DNA from: a virus
IMG/VR virus record: IMGVR_UViG_2713897325_000001
Location: 1 to 43,314 of that record
Strand: one strand, 5' to 3'
Length of the DNA: 43,314 bases
Shown here piece after piece: positions 32,403 to 43,039 of this stretch; position 1 is the stretch's first letter; each line of letters opens with the position of its first letter. A program made the position numbers and the translations under genes. The notes beneath the pieces are model-generated. The model saw only the letters and a program-made list of their open reading frames with translations, was not told the origin of the DNA and made no database searches.

Positions 32403-32939
32403 TTACTTTTTCTGCTCGGTTTCGCCGGTCTCTGCAGCAGTTTCAGGCGCTGGCGGTTCGTACACGAACGGAACGGCAGGCGGCACCGGCCATTCGAATT
32501 CCAGCGGGTAGCCAGGCTTCGTGTCGAGCTGGCCGAGCTGCACGCGATACAGACGCTGTGCGTCGATCTCAGCCTTGAGCGCAGGCATGGCCGCGAGCTG
32601 GGCATCGGTCGCCATATTCAGCGCTACGGCGTCGAGCAGCTCCTCGTACTGATTGACCAGCGCATCAATGCGAGCGGTCGCCGCCGCAGAGCGGTCGCCG
32701 CGCGCGCACATGACCTGCACGCGCACCAGCTCAAGCGGCGTGTCTTGAACCGGCCCGAACTCACCCGCAAGGGCTCGCTCGTACAGATCAACGCCGTGCG
32801 CCTCGGGGTCGTGAGGGGATGCCGTGAACGGCAATTCACCATAAACGTCGACCATCCCCTCGAAAGCCACCATCAGTTCGATGGTAGTGCGAGCCGGGGT
32901 CGACCAGTGCGGGTTGCGAGCGCTTAATACTTTGGACAT
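32403..32939 (-). CDS. Tail fibre assembly chaperone (arm 2 copy)
   Basis: Exact mirror of 10376..10912. Confidence 0.75.
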   Translation of the reverse strand: MSKVLSARNPHWSTPARTTIELMVAFEGMVDVYGELPFTASPHDPEAHGVDLYERALAGEFGPVQDTPLELVRVQVMCARGDRSAAATARIDALVNQYEELLDAVALNMATDAQLAAMPALKAEIDAQRLYRVQLGQLDTKPGYPLEFEWPVPPAVPFVYEPPAPETAAETGETEQKK

Positions 32940-32947
32940 GTTTTAAC

Positions 32948-35218
32948 CTACTGGATTCGTTGAAAGAGCGTGCGCTCTGTATTGTTAAAAGCACCTTGGG
33001 CGCGCCAAACACCTATACCGATAGTGCCCGAGTTACCGCTTGTGCCGTCGCCTACAGCAGTAGAGCTGAAAAGAAGGTTAGAGCCCGGTACTGACGTGCC
33101 TTGGTTAATCGAGTTTCCGTATGCGTTAATTACTCGCGCAAACGCATATTGCCCAACGCCAGTAAGGCCCAAGTTCGCAATCTTTTGCCCAAGGTTCAGA
33201 TCACTGACCAAAAAATAAACCGCAGCATCGGACGCACGCCGAAGATAAGGCGCAGTAATGTCATTAGCGGCAAGGCCAACATGCGTTATTGAGTCAGCAA
33301 TAGGGCGAGAGTTAACCCGAGCATCGGTTTCACTCTTGGTATACGCATCGGTAATGCCGTAAGAAAACAACGTAGTACCGACGTTCGCCTTTTTGGTCGG
33401 GTCGAAGTTTCCCGAATACCAGAGCGTGCCCAAATCGGTGTTATCGACAGCAGCCTTTAGCCCGCCCGACGACCACCCTATTTTGACAAGGTTGCTCGTC
33501 TGTCCTGCGCCGGTCCCCTGCTGCACAGGCGTGTACGGAAGTCTCGACTGCAGAAAGTACACGGTTGCGTCATTGGCGCGCCGCATGTAAGGCTGGGTAG
33601 GATCGTTAGCTGCAAACCCGACATGCGTGATGCTGTCTGCAAGCGGGCGAGCCGCGTCTCGCGCATCGGTTTCTGCCTTGGTATAAACATCACCTTTCGT
33701 GTAAGCATCAACAATGCCATAAGAGAATAGCGTGGTGCCGACGTTCGCCTTTGACTCAGGGTCAAAGTTCCCGGACGTCCAGATTGTTCCGAAGTCGGAA
33801 TTATCGACCGTTAACTTGACCTTACCCGGCTGCGAATATCCGATCTTAATAACGTTCGAAAGTTGACCTATTCCAGTTCCTTGCTGAACAGGCGTGTATT
33901 GCAGTTTTGACTGTAGCAGGTACACAGCGTTATCAGCGGTGCGTCGCATATAAGGCGAAGCCGGGTCATTACCCGCAAACCCTATATTCGTAATGCTGTC
34001 CGCAAGTGGGCGAGCCGCATCTCGTGCATCGGTTTCTGCCTTGGTATAGGCATCGGTGATTCCGTAGGCAAACAACGTGCTACCAACGTTCGCCTTTGTG
34101 GCCGGGTCAAAGTTACCCGAGTACCAAAGATTCCCCATGTCGGAGTTATCTACGGTCGCCTTGATCGCACCCCCTGACCAGCCGATCTTAATCAGGTTGT
34201 TCAACTGGCCCGTGCCGGTGCCCTGCTGCACGGGAGTAAAGCCAAGCTTGGCCTGCAGCGTCCCGACCCGCGCATCGATCTCGCTCTTGCTGTAAGCATC
34301 GGCGATGCCGTACCCGCCCAGCGTGGTCGGGTTGAAACCCGCAACCACCAGGCCTCGACGATCCACCGTAACTTGACGATACGAGCCAGGCAGAACACCG
34401 TTCGGCCCGGCGATCTGCTCGAAGGCGAGCGCTGTAGTGTCCAAGACAATCGGCGCATTCGTCGTCAACTGCCAGAGCGTATCGGCGTACTTGGCACCTT
34501 CCTCGACACTGACCAGCAGGTTAGGCGTTACCTCGACGCTCAGATCCGCGTCAGAGCGGCGCGACCAGGCACCGTTCGCCACGACATAAATACCATTGGC
34601 GGCTGCGTTTGCCTGGAAGAAAACACCGACGCTGTCACCGGCAACAACCGGAACGCCGTCGACCGTCTGCGCACCGCTCAGAACAATAGGGCCGGTAGTA
34701 GCCGCCCGAACTGACTTCTTTGCATCCAGCCTGGCCAGCTCGTTGGCCACGTAGTCGACAACCCATGCTCGCGTCGCCTTAACGATCGTGTCATCGATCG
34801 CCAGCACGACGTTGGCGGCGTTGCTGGTTTCAAAAATGGCCCGCAGGTAAAACTCTTTTCCAGACCCCGAGCTGATAACCGGCTTGAAGGACTCCGGGTA
34901 CTTGATCACCGCATAGAGAATGCCCGTATCAGTCCAGATACCGGCCTCGCGCACGTACCAGCCACCGACGTCGTCCGGCAGCGTCTGCTCAGCCACCAGC
35001 CAGCTCGGGTTTTTGGCATCCTGCATCAGGGCATTGATCGGGCCACGCCATACCTCGCGGCGCAATGCCTTGGCCGTGGCATCCGGGTTGTACACCGAAC
35101 CGCCGCCGTCGCCGACGGATAGATGCGTCAGCTTGATAGGCGTTCCGTTGGCCTTGCACAGCGTCTCGTATGCGAGGCCGCCATTGGTTAACAGCGTGTA
35201 AAATTCAGACATGTTCAC
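32948..35218 (-). CDS. Tail fibre protein (arm 2 copy)
   Basis: Exact mirror of 8097..10367. Confidence 0.88.
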   Translation of the reverse strand: MNMSEFYTLLTNGGLAYETLCKANGTPIKLTHLSVGDGGGSVYNPDATAKALRREVWRGPINALMQDAKNPSWLVAEQTLPDDVGGWYVREAGIWTDTGILYAVIKYPESFKPVISSGSGKEFYLRAIFETSNAANVVLAIDDTIVKATRAWVVDYVANELARLDAKKSVRAATTGPIVLSGAQTVDGVPVVAGDSVGVFFQANAAANGIYVVANGAWSRRSDADLSVEVTPNLLVSVEEGAKYADTLWQLTTNAPIVLDTTALAFEQIAGPNGVLPGSYRQVTVDRRGLVVAGFNPTTLGGYGIADAYSKSEIDARVGTLQAKLGFTPVQQGTGTGQLNNLIKIGWSGGAIKATVDNSDMGNLWYSGNFDPATKANVGSTLFAYGITDAYTKAETDARDAARPLADSITNIGFAGNDPASPYMRRTADNAVYLLQSKLQYTPVQQGTGIGQLSNVIKIGYSQPGKVKLTVDNSDFGTIWTSGNFDPESKANVGTTLFSYGIVDAYTKGDVYTKAETDARDAARPLADSITHVGFAANDPTQPYMRRANDATVYFLQSRLPYTPVQQGTGAGQTSNLVKIGWSSGGLKAAVDNTDLGTLWYSGNFDPTKKANVGTTLFSYGITDAYTKSETDARVNSRPIADSITHVGLAANDITAPYLRRASDAAVYFLVSDLNLGQKIANLGLTGVGQYAFARVINAYGNSINQGTSVPGSNLLFSSTAVGDGTSGNSGTIGIGVWRAQGAFNNTERTLFQRIQ
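33194..34324 (-). repeat. Tandem ~114-121-aa repeats inside the tail fibre gene (arm 2 copy)
   Basis: Exact mirror of 8991..10121. Confidence 0.85.
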
Positions 35219-35835
35219 TCCAGCGGACGAAGGGTTGTCTTTTCAACCGAATACAGGCCAGCAGCCATGTACAGAGGCGACGACACATCGAGCCCTTCAA
35301 GCTCAAACGGATAGATTGTGGTTAGCTCGCCGCCTACCGTCGCGGCGCCTACGTAATGAGTCCCGGAGACGCTTAAACCGATTGAAACCGCAAGCACGTC
35401 CCTTTCGCTTTTCGCCTCACCAATCCGCCGATCAAGCCGCGCGTTGATCTCTTCGCTGTACGGCTTATCGGCGAACGCACGAACGGTAAATGTGTACGGC
35501 TGACCGAGGGGCGTCTGCTCATACCAGGCGGTTACATCGGGCGTCAGTTGCAACCCAAGAATCGCGTTCTCGAGCGCCCTGCGCGTGCCGGCCAGGCGCT
35601 TGGTCGGCCAGGCCAGCGCGACCGTGAGCCGCTTCTCAGCCTCGGGCGCCGCGCTATTCCATTCCGTTACGCCGCGATCAGCAGCCAGGTAGGGCAGAAA
35701 ATCAACCGGGGTTTTAAGTGGGTCCATCAGATCGGGGAACGGCGGCTCTATCCGGTCGAGCAGCCTGCCAAACGCCAGATCGAGGCCGCGCTCCACGACA
35801 GAAGCATTTGGCGGCAGCACCGTGTAATCAGTCAT
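35215..35835 (-). CDS. Tail protein I (arm 2 copy)
   Basis: Exact mirror of 7480..8100. Confidence 0.85.
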   Translation of the reverse strand: MTDYTVLPPNASVVERGLDLAFGRLLDRIEPPFPDLMDPLKTPVDFLPYLAADRGVTEWNSAAPEAEKRLTVALAWPTKRLAGTRRALENAILGLQLTPDVTAWYEQTPLGQPYTFTVRAFADKPYSEEINARLDRRIGEAKSERDVLAVSIGLSVSGTHYVGAATVGGELTTIYPFELEGLDVSSPLYMAAGLYSVEKTTLRPLE

Positions 35836-36830
35836 AAGACCCTAACCTCGACCTCGACAGACTCACAGTACGGCGCCTGATGCGCTGCACACTCAATCGG
35901 CGCCAAAGGCTCGATCCGGGTAAGGCGCTCGGCCCCGGCAGAGATCAGTCCTGCGTCAATCCATGCCGGATCGACGTAGCCCTCAAGTCGGTGTCGTGAC
36001 GTCGCGTAGGCGCGCATGGCGGCCTCTGCAGCCGTCTTTGTCAGGCCTGAGTCAGGCCCGGCATTGATGTAGGCAATAGCCCGGATCTTGTAGCGCACGA
36101 TCTGCGCGCCCTGCACCGTAACGAGATCCGTCTCAGGCCTTACGTCGTCGCGGGCAAAGTGCGCGCGGGTTGCATTGAGCAGATCCTCGCTCGGCGTGCC
36201 GTCCCCTTCGCGGCCGAGGACCGTTACGGCCACCTGCCCCGGTCCAGTTCGACGACCGTTTGCGTCCTTGACCTTGGCCGCGAACGCATCAGATCCGAAC
36301 GTGTACGTCACCACGACTTTTCCGGGCTCTGGCGCCTCAACGGACACCGTAGCGCGCTCACCGAGCGTCAGCGCCTCGCGCCGGTACTGCAGGCGAGAAC
36401 CTGCTGCCGGCGCATGGGGCGCAATGTAGTAACGCAACCGTAACTCTTCGTCGCTTTCCTCGACGGGCGGAACAACCGGGAACGCGCTCGGGTCGCCTTC
36501 TGATATGACCCTGCGCTCGAGGCCCATGTCTGCAGCTCGCGCGCCGAGGTTCGAGCCGGTTGCCCACCATGCAAGCATTTGCTTTATGCGGGTGTTGTAT
36601 TTACGTTCGTGCGTCTGCAGGCGAACGGTGAACACTTCCATCATCAACGTAGCGAGCTCGCTACTGTTTTCGATGGCAACAGCGACACGGGCCGCCATTT
36701 CTGGATCACGGGGCTGAACATACGAAACGAGCTCAGCCTTGAATTCAGCGAGCAGCGCCTCGTAATCCTCAACCTTAACGATTTCAGGCTCGGCCAATTG
36801 ATTGAGGCCAGGTATGAGCATGGTTGTCAC
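35832..36830 (-). CDS. Baseplate protein J (arm 2 copy)
   Basis: Exact mirror of 6485..7483. Confidence 0.85.
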   Translation of the reverse strand: MTTMLIPGLNQLAEPEIVKVEDYEALLAEFKAELVSYVQPRDPEMAARVAVAIENSSELATLMMEVFTVRLQTHERKYNTRIKQMLAWWATGSNLGARAADMGLERRVISEGDPSAFPVVPPVEESDEELRLRYYIAPHAPAAGSRLQYRREALTLGERATVSVEAPEPGKVVVTYTFGSDAFAAKVKDANGRRTGPGQVAVTVLGREGDGTPSEDLLNATRAHFARDDVRPETDLVTVQGAQIVRYKIRAIAYINAGPDSGLTKTAAEAAMRAYATSRHRLEGYVDPAWIDAGLISAGAERLTRIEPLAPIECAAHQAPYCESVEVEVRVL

Positions 36831-37159
36831 AACTGCACCTCAAAGGTCATTTTGCGGTTATTCCAAACACCGGCCAGGCGAACGACGACGCCCTGTTCGC
36901 CTCGCTGGGCGAGCACGGTTCCAGGCACAAAGTCGTCAATACCATTGGCAGCGTTGTAAAACGCCTCGGCGCAGTCCGATTGAATAAGGATCAGCAGCGA
37001 GTCGTTCATATTGGCCGAGAGCCGTGTCGTGGCCTTGCAGCCATACAGCGGCCGTTTCTGACGGGTGCCGATCGGGGTTGTCAGCGCCCGTGCGGCGCGC
37101 TGCACGAACTGGCCCCAATCGTCCACCGTCTCAAAAGTGCTTCCATTGATGCCGATCAC
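36827..37159 (-). CDS. Baseplate protein W / gp25 family (arm 2 copy)
   Basis: Exact mirror of 6156..6488. Confidence 0.85.
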   Translation of the reverse strand: MIGINGSTFETVDDWGQFVQRAARALTTPIGTRQKRPLYGCKATTRLSANMNDSLLILIQSDCAEAFYNAANGIDDFVPGTVLAQRGEQGVVVRLAGVWNNRKMTFEVQL

Positions 37160-37776
37160 GGCGTCACCAACCCTGACTTGGCGCCCGCCAGCGGAGCCGT
37201 GTCGTCATGCGTGTGATCAAGGCCGATGCTGACATCGTTGTGCCTGACTTTCAGGCCGATCAGTTGAACGCCTGCAGCGTCGATCTTGATGCCAGACGCA
37301 CCGCACATCAGCTCGATGCTCGACTGATCCGCCTTCACGGTCGTCGGGCCGTTTTTCCAGTCCAGGGCGTGGCTTGCGTGGTCATAACTCTGCTCGGTCC
37401 CGTCCGGGTAAACCCGTCGATGCAGCTCGGCACGATCAGACACCGGGGGGAACGTATTTGAGGCGAGGCCGCAAAGCGCGATCGAGTGCGCGCTGCCATC
37501 CCCGCCGCCGTAGTTCACCAGAAGCGATTGCTCGCCAACCGTAGGCACGCGCGTTTCGCGAATGTCGCCCGACGCTGGCTGCATGACCTTGATCCACGGC
37601 GTCACATTGTCGCCGTGCTTGATCTTGACCAGGCCACCAGGTGCGTCGACCTCATGAACCACCCCCATGCGACCCTGATTTTCGGCGCGGCGCCGCAGAT
37701 CATCGACGGCCGTTTCAAGCGCCGCGAGCTGCTCACGATACGGCTCGAGCATGTTGCGAACGAATGCGAGAAACAT
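37156..37776 (-). CDS. Baseplate assembly protein V (arm 2 copy)
   Basis: Exact mirror of 5539..6159. Confidence 0.88.
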   Translation of the reverse strand: MFLAFVRNMLEPYREQLAALETAVDDLRRRAENQGRMGVVHEVDAPGGLVKIKHGDNVTPWIKVMQPASGDIRETRVPTVGEQSLLVNYGGGDGSAHSIALCGLASNTFPPVSDRAELHRRVYPDGTEQSYDHASHALDWKNGPTTVKADQSSIELMCGASGIKIDAAGVQLIGLKVRHNDVSIGLDHTHDDTAPLAGAKSGLVTP

Positions 37777-37784
37777 GGGCGCTC

Positions 37785-38294
37785 CTACGGGTTAACCTGC
37801 CAGATCATAGGCTCGTCATCGCCCACAGGCGGACGACGGCCGGTGCCAGGGTCAGGCATAGGGCGTTCAGGACCGATAGCCAGGCTTTGCACGAAAGTGC
37901 AGCCCCAAGCGTCGTACCCCTTTGCGCCTCTCTGAAAAATCGAAGGCCCCGAGCGCATGTTTTGCGGGATATCCGCATGCCGACCGAAACCCCAGCGGTT
38001 ATCGGTGGCCAGGCGCTCGAGGACAGTGGTCAAGTTGGCAGCCTCGATAGAGGAAAACTTGCGCGCCCGCGACACCACTGCATGCAGCGTCACGGTAACG
38101 GTGTGTACAAGCTTGCCGTCGTTGTTGCGCGAACCCGGCGAGGTGCGTTCAAACTCGATCAGCACCTGCGCATCACCGATCAAGCCCTCGAAGTCGTCGT
38201 AGTTGCCCACTGAAACACCAAGGCGCGCAGCCTGTATCGCATCACCGATCGCAAAAAACAGGTCTGAAACCTTATCAAGCGGACGCAAAGACAT
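37785..38294 (-). CDS. Hypothetical virion protein (arm 2 copy)
   Basis: Exact mirror of 5021..5530. Confidence 0.55.
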   Translation of the reverse strand: MSLRPLDKVSDLFFAIGDAIQAARLGVSVGNYDDFEGLIGDAQVLIEFERTSPGSRNNDGKLVHTVTVTLHAVVSRARKFSSIEAANLTTVLERLATDNRWGFGRHADIPQNMRSGPSIFQRGAKGYDAWGCTFVQSLAIGPERPMPDPGTGRRPPVGDDEPMIWQVNP

Positions 38295-38799
38295 TCGAAG
38301 CCTCACTTTCAAAAATTTCGACGAAACGCTGCATCGCACGCTTTTCCCAGCGCTCAAGCGCGCCGATACCCTCGTCGGCCCAGTCCTCACGAACCAGCTC
38401 GACAGGAAGTCGCTCGCGCCCTTTGCGCCGAAAAACGAGCTGATGCTTGGTCTTCATTGGCGAGATAAACGCGTCGGCGTATTCGCGATGGCCAACCGAG
38501 ACGCCGGTCGAGGTTGCTTTAGGCTTGCCGAGCCAGTGAACACTAAGCGGCTGCAAACCTACCCAGAGCTTTACCTCGCCGGCCGTGGATTGGCTGTAAA
38601 CGTTGTAGCGATGGCGCAGCGGGCTTTGCGTGATCTTCAACTCTTTCGCGATCTCGCGCGAGCTGTGAGTCCGCAACCATTGCGCTGTTTTGCGTAGCGC
38701 CCTGGCTGCCGCCAGATCCAGCAGCTTTGGGGCCTTGGCAACCATTGCCTCAACTTCTGCCCAGCCACTGGTTGGAAACCTCAGCTCAAAACCGCCCAT
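38275..38799 (-). CDS. Tail completion protein, gpZ-like (arm 2 copy)
   Basis: Exact mirror of 4516..5040. Confidence 0.5.
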   Translation of the reverse strand: MGGFELRFPTSGWAEVEAMVAKAPKLLDLAAARALRKTAQWLRTHSSREIAKELKITQSPLRHRYNVYSQSTAGEVKLWVGLQPLSVHWLGKPKATSTGVSVGHREYADAFISPMKTKHQLVFRRKGRERLPVELVREDWADEGIGALERWEKRAMQRFVEIFESEASNVFASA

Positions 38800-39164
38800 T
38801 TCCCGAGCTCCCCACTATCGGAGCCGGCCCGACCGCCGTCCGGCGTCATCGTGACCAACGACCGAAACCGGCCGAGAGGCTCAACGTCTGCTATCAGATA
38901 GGCCTTTCCGTTGGCCACCACCTTGACCGACAGGAACGGCTTAGGCACGGAACTGTTCGCCATTTGAAACTGCAACTGATCCGGCGCAGCACGCACCTGA
39001 GCAGCGCCAGGGTCGATACCTGCCCGGAACACACCACCACGGGCCACAGGCTTGCCGAAGATGCCAGGCACGTCGCGCGGCGCCTTCCCCTGCTCATGAA
39101 CGGTCACAACCCCGCCGAATTCGTCAGGGTCATAGAACGACTCGAAGTCGTCGTCACCGATCAT
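38781..39164 (-). CDS. Head-tail joining protein, FII-like (arm 2 copy)
   Basis: Exact mirror of 4151..4534. Confidence 0.55.
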   Translation of the reverse strand: MIGDDDFESFYDPDEFGGVVTVHEQGKAPRDVPGIFGKPVARGGVFRAGIDPGAAQVRAAPDQLQFQMANSSVPKPFLSVKVVANGKAYLIADVEPLGRFRSLVTMTPDGGRAGSDSGELGKWAVLS

Positions 39165-39595
39165 TTCGCGGCTGCTTTCTTGGCCTCGAGCGCTTTCGCC
39201 TGGACGGCGTTTGCAGCCTTGAGATTGTCGATTTCATCGCTGAATTCGCTGACCGCCTTGCTCAAGTCGTCCTTTTCGGCAGTGAGCGACTGAACCTGAC
39301 CCTGCAGCGTATCGCGCTCAGTTTCCACCGCCTTGAGTTCGGCTTGCGCAGTCTCGAGGGCTGCAATTGCTTCGCCTGCATCGGGCAACACCTCGTCAGG
39401 CAATGGAGTACCGCGAAACTCGGCGATCTCAGCGTCGGTCGCGTCACGGGCAACGTGGCTCGAAACAAGACTGTTACGCTCGGCGCGAGTGACCTCGATA
39501 ATCTCACCGACCGACACAGCATCGGCCTCACCCTTGCGCCAGAATTCATGCAGGGCTACGACTAAAAACCCCACTGCCAAAACCAAATCGCTCAT
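39161..39595 (-). CDS. Hypothetical hydrophobic-N-terminus coiled-coil protein (arm 2 copy)
   Basis: Exact mirror of 3720..4154. Confidence 0.6.
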   Translation of the reverse strand: MSDLVLAVGFLVVALHEFWRKGEADAVSVGEIIEVTRAERNSLVSSHVARDATDAEIAEFRGTPLPDEVLPDAGEAIAALETAQAELKAVETERDTLQGQVQSLTAEKDDLSKAVSEFSDEIDNLKAANAVQAKALEAKKAAAK

Positions 39596-39618
39596 CTGAT
39601 CACCTCAGAATTTAGTGA

Positions 39619-39642
39619 ATAAAAAAGGGGGCCTAAGCCCCC
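39619..39642 (-). terminator. Terminator after the capsid gene (arm 2 copy)
   Basis: Exact mirror of 3673..3696. Confidence 0.75.
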
Positions 39643-39666
39643 AGCACCTGCCCGCTAAGGTTCGCT

Positions 39667-41526
39667 TTAACCGGTTTTACGGGCGATGCAGAAGCTGCTC
39701 AGGTTACGGAAACCGAAGTCAGCGTCCTGGAACACACGAACGACCAGGCCGTCGCTATCAGCCATCGCGTAAGGGTCGGGCTTGAGATCCAGCGCACCCC
39801 ACATGCCGATCATGGCTTGCGACCAGTCGCCGAAAGCCCACTGACCATCCTTGACCTGATTGGATGCCAGAGCCGGTGCGCCGTTGACCTCGTTGCGCAG
39901 CCAGATTTTCGTGGAGTCCGCGCCGTCCGGGTCTTCCTTGGTCTTTTTCGCATAGCCGCGCTGGGTAACGCTGGTCAGGTACTTGAGCGCACCGACGTCG
40001 GCATTGAAGGTCGCAACCTTCGTTTCCATGTCGACCAGTTCGCCGAAGGTGATACCCGATGCGCCGTATGGAATCGCAGGCACGCCTGTCTGATTGAACA
40101 GACCCAGCGGCTGGTTATCCTCACCAGTGCCGTACAGGCCGGCGTAGTCGAGCGCAACCGCGATACCGTTGACCAGGTCAGAAACGATCAACTGCTCGAT
40201 GCTCATCGAACTTTGCTTGCGCAGCTTGCGAGACACCGGAATCGCGCCGGCAATGGTGCGGTTTTTCAGGTTCAGCGTGGTCAGGTCCATTTTCGAGAGC
40301 TGGACCGTACCGTTTTCAGCGATCCAGTAGAAATTGGCGCCAGCCACTTTCTTCGGGATATCGACGTCGCCCTGCAGGCCGCCCAAGATGCGAGCACCCA
40401 ATGCGCCGAACACCGCCTTATTACGAACCATGTCGACGAACTGATCGGTGCGCAGATCGGTAGAAACCAGCTCTGCACCTGCACCAGGCGTGTTTGTCAT
40501 GCCTGCGCGCTGGGCGAGCAAGTCATGAGGCACATAGATGCCGCGCGCTTCCTTGCCCAGGCTAGTGGCGATGGCGATCGACACCTCGCGCTCGAGGCCC
40601 GCGTCTTTCCAGTCACCATTGGCGGACGCATTGAGCGCTCGCATCAACGAATAACTGCCTTGTTCTTTCGCGTTCAAGCCCAGGCCACGCGCAGACACGT
40701 CAATGGTGAATTTTGGCAGGTCGCCGCTACGCTGCTCGTTTTCAGGGCCGCGCGGGGTCGCGCTCGGGTTGATACCGTCGAGGATCTTGGCGCGCACCTG
40801 ATCAACAGTCAGACCCTCATTGATCGAGGACTGAGCCAGCGGTGCAACGCCGTGACGCTCGCAAAGCGACATGATGTCCGCCGAGCGCTGACGTTCGGCG
40901 GCGATGATTACTGCAGCATCAGGTACAACAGTGGTGTTTTCTTTCGACATTACAGGTCCTTGAAGAGCGGGCTCGCTCACAATGTTTTCGGGTAAAGAGC
41001 GGCCCACCCCGACAGTCGGGTCAGCCGGGATTGAAACGATGGAAACCTCGCAGGGCTCCCACCGGGTGATGCGGTAGTACTTGAGATCACCCTCGGTGCG
41101 CTCGAGCTGGGCGTCCTGAGGGTCATAGCCGACTGAGATATTCCTGCGAATACCGTCGACAACGTCCTCCCAAACCTCACTGGCGCCTTGACCCTTGGAG
41201 AAGCGCACAAGGGCACGCAACTTTCGGTCATCGTCGAGCCAGGCCCTTTCTACAACGCCGATCTGACCCCAACGGTCGTGCATGTCGAGCAGCGGTGCGC
41301 CAGAGTTGAGGCGATCCAGCATTACCGACTCTGTCGAGTGGTCGAGGATCTCCATACCGAACCAGCGCCTGACCGGGTATTCGCTGGAAACCGCAACCTC
41401 AACAGTCCGGGCCTCGACATTGAGTGTCGAGAGGTCCACGGCCATTGCACGCTGCAGGGTTTTTCCTCCGATCTCGCGCAGGAAGTCAGGCGCCGGGTCA
41501 GTCGGCGTCTTCGTCTTTATCGTCAT
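39667..41526 (-). CDS. Prohead protease - major capsid protein fusion (arm 2 copy)
   Basis: Exact mirror of 1789..3648. Confidence 0.8.
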   Translation of the reverse strand: MTIKTKTPTDPAPDFLREIGGKTLQRAMAVDLSTLNVEARTVEVAVSSEYPVRRWFGMEILDHSTESVMLDRLNSGAPLLDMHDRWGQIGVVERAWLDDDRKLRALVRFSKGQGASEVWEDVVDGIRRNISVGYDPQDAQLERTEGDLKYYRITRWEPCEVSIVSIPADPTVGVGRSLPENIVSEPALQGPVMSKENTTVVPDAAVIIAAERQRSADIMSLCERHGVAPLAQSSINEGLTVDQVRAKILDGINPSATPRGPENEQRSGDLPKFTIDVSARGLGLNAKEQGSYSLMRALNASANGDWKDAGLEREVSIAIATSLGKEARGIYVPHDLLAQRAGMTNTPGAGAELVSTDLRTDQFVDMVRNKAVFGALGARILGGLQGDVDIPKKVAGANFYWIAENGTVQLSKMDLTTLNLKNRTIAGAIPVSRKLRKQSSMSIEQLIVSDLVNGIAVALDYAGLYGTGEDNQPLGLFNQTGVPAIPYGASGITFGELVDMETKVATFNADVGALKYLTSVTQRGYAKKTKEDPDGADSTKIWLRNEVNGAPALASNQVKDGQWAFGDWSQAMIGMWGALDLKPDPYAMADSDGLVVRVFQDADFGFRNLSSFCIARKTG

Positions 41527-43039
41527 CTTTTTCGTCCGTTTGGGGCTGGGCTTGCGCGACCGTCGGAGGTGCGTTGAACGACAGGCCGAGTTCGCGCAAG
41601 CGCGCCTCTTCCTCTGCCATTTCGGCAAATACCTCGTCGGGATCTCGGCCGGTCTGCCGGATGTAGTCGCCGCGCGTTTTGGTGCGGTTGGCAATCGACT
41701 CTGTTGCCGCTTTGGAGTCCTTTGTCGGGTCCACCCAGTCCCAACCGCGGGGCGCCCATTCAAGGTCGCCGTACAGATGGAAGTTGCGCGGCGGAAGCTT
41801 GATCACTCCCTTGAGCAGCGCCATATCGAGCCAGGTTTCCCCGACGAGCTCGAGCAGCTCATCGATCAGAAGTTGCTGACCGTCCTTGTAGAAGTCGCGA
41901 TCGTCGAGCTCGCCTGAACGCATCGACGAGAAGCTGACGCCCTCAAGATCGTGCGCAAGCTTGTTGTAACTAGGCCCGAAACCGGCAGCTACGCCGCGCA
42001 GACCAGCCTTCGTAAACGGCGCAAAGTTCGATGATGGGTGCGTGTTGGTGTAAGGCTTCCACTTGACGCCGTAGGGCAACAGCTTGTTGCTACCAGCCTC
42101 GACGACTTCGTCGAGCTCGCCGTCATCCCCGTCAGCGCCGGGGTCTTCGACGAACTCTGCATCCTGCTCGTAAACGCCGGTAATCTTCGCGCCCTGCTCG
42201 GCCGCAACCATTTCAGAATTGCGGTATTCGCCCAGGTGATGCAGCTCCAGCGCCGAGGCGTGCGTCCAAGTGAACCCCCGAGCCTGATGCGGGCGCCAAG
42301 GGTCGAAACTATGGCGCAATTCCCCGACCGGAATGCGGTCGTATTTTTCTTCCGCGCGGCTCTGCCAGACGTCGCCCGGATGGGCCTTGAGCAGCCAGTA
42401 AGCGACAGGCGCCTCCCAGGCATCGAACTCGACACCCATCCGCACCCGATTGCCATTGCTCAGCTCTTGATTGAGCGTAATGTCGAGCCGATCAACCTCA
42501 AGGATCTGCAGCGCAAACCCCCAGCGGTTCGGAAAGTTGCGAACGATCCTGACCATGACCTCACCGTCACGGGCCAAAGTCTCGACCCATAACCGCTGGA
42601 ACATCCAGAACGACAGCTTTCTCGTCACGTCGCAATTGCCGCGCTTGCACCACTTCCAGAACTCGAGCTCGATCAGGCGACGGGTCGCCCTGTCAGGCTT
42701 GCCGTCAGGCAATACGGCTTTCGACATGAGCTGAACGCCCTTCGAACCGACGATGTTCTGCTTTAGCAGGCGGTAAAAACGCTTGGCGTAGCCGTTGTTA
42801 ATCGACTGCTCGCGAGCTCTGGCCGTCAATGCAACGTGGTCAGCGTAAATCTGTTGGTTTGCATCACCGTAAGCGGTGCGGCCCGTCCAGCTCGACGTTA
42901 ACCGCCCGTGGCGTGCCATCTGAAACGATCGTTGCCGACCAGGTGAAGCCGCGACGTCAAGGCCAAGGGCTGGCTCTGCGCGCGGCGCTGCAGCCGCAGG
43001 CCGCACGCGCAGGCCCAGCAAAGCACTGAAAAACCCCAT
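41498..43039 (-). CDS. Portal protein, lambda family (arm 2 copy)
   Basis: Exact mirror of 276..1817. Confidence 0.88.
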   Translation of the reverse strand: MGFFSALLGLRVRPAAAAPRAEPALGLDVAASPGRQRSFQMARHGRLTSSWTGRTAYGDANQQIYADHVALTARAREQSINNGYAKRFYRLLKQNIVGSKGVQLMSKAVLPDGKPDRATRRLIELEFWKWCKRGNCDVTRKLSFWMFQRLWVETLARDGEVMVRIVRNFPNRWGFALQILEVDRLDITLNQELSNGNRVRMGVEFDAWEAPVAYWLLKAHPGDVWQSRAEEKYDRIPVGELRHSFDPWRPHQARGFTWTHASALELHHLGEYRNSEMVAAEQGAKITGVYEQDAEFVEDPGADGDDGELDEVVEAGSNKLLPYGVKWKPYTNTHPSSNFAPFTKAGLRGVAAGFGPSYNKLAHDLEGVSFSSMRSGELDDRDFYKDGQQLLIDELLELVGETWLDMALLKGVIKLPPRNFHLYGDLEWAPRGWDWVDPTKDSKAATESIANRTKTRGDYIRQTGRDPDEVFAEMAEEEARLRELGLSFNAPPTVAQAQPQTDEKDDDKDEDAD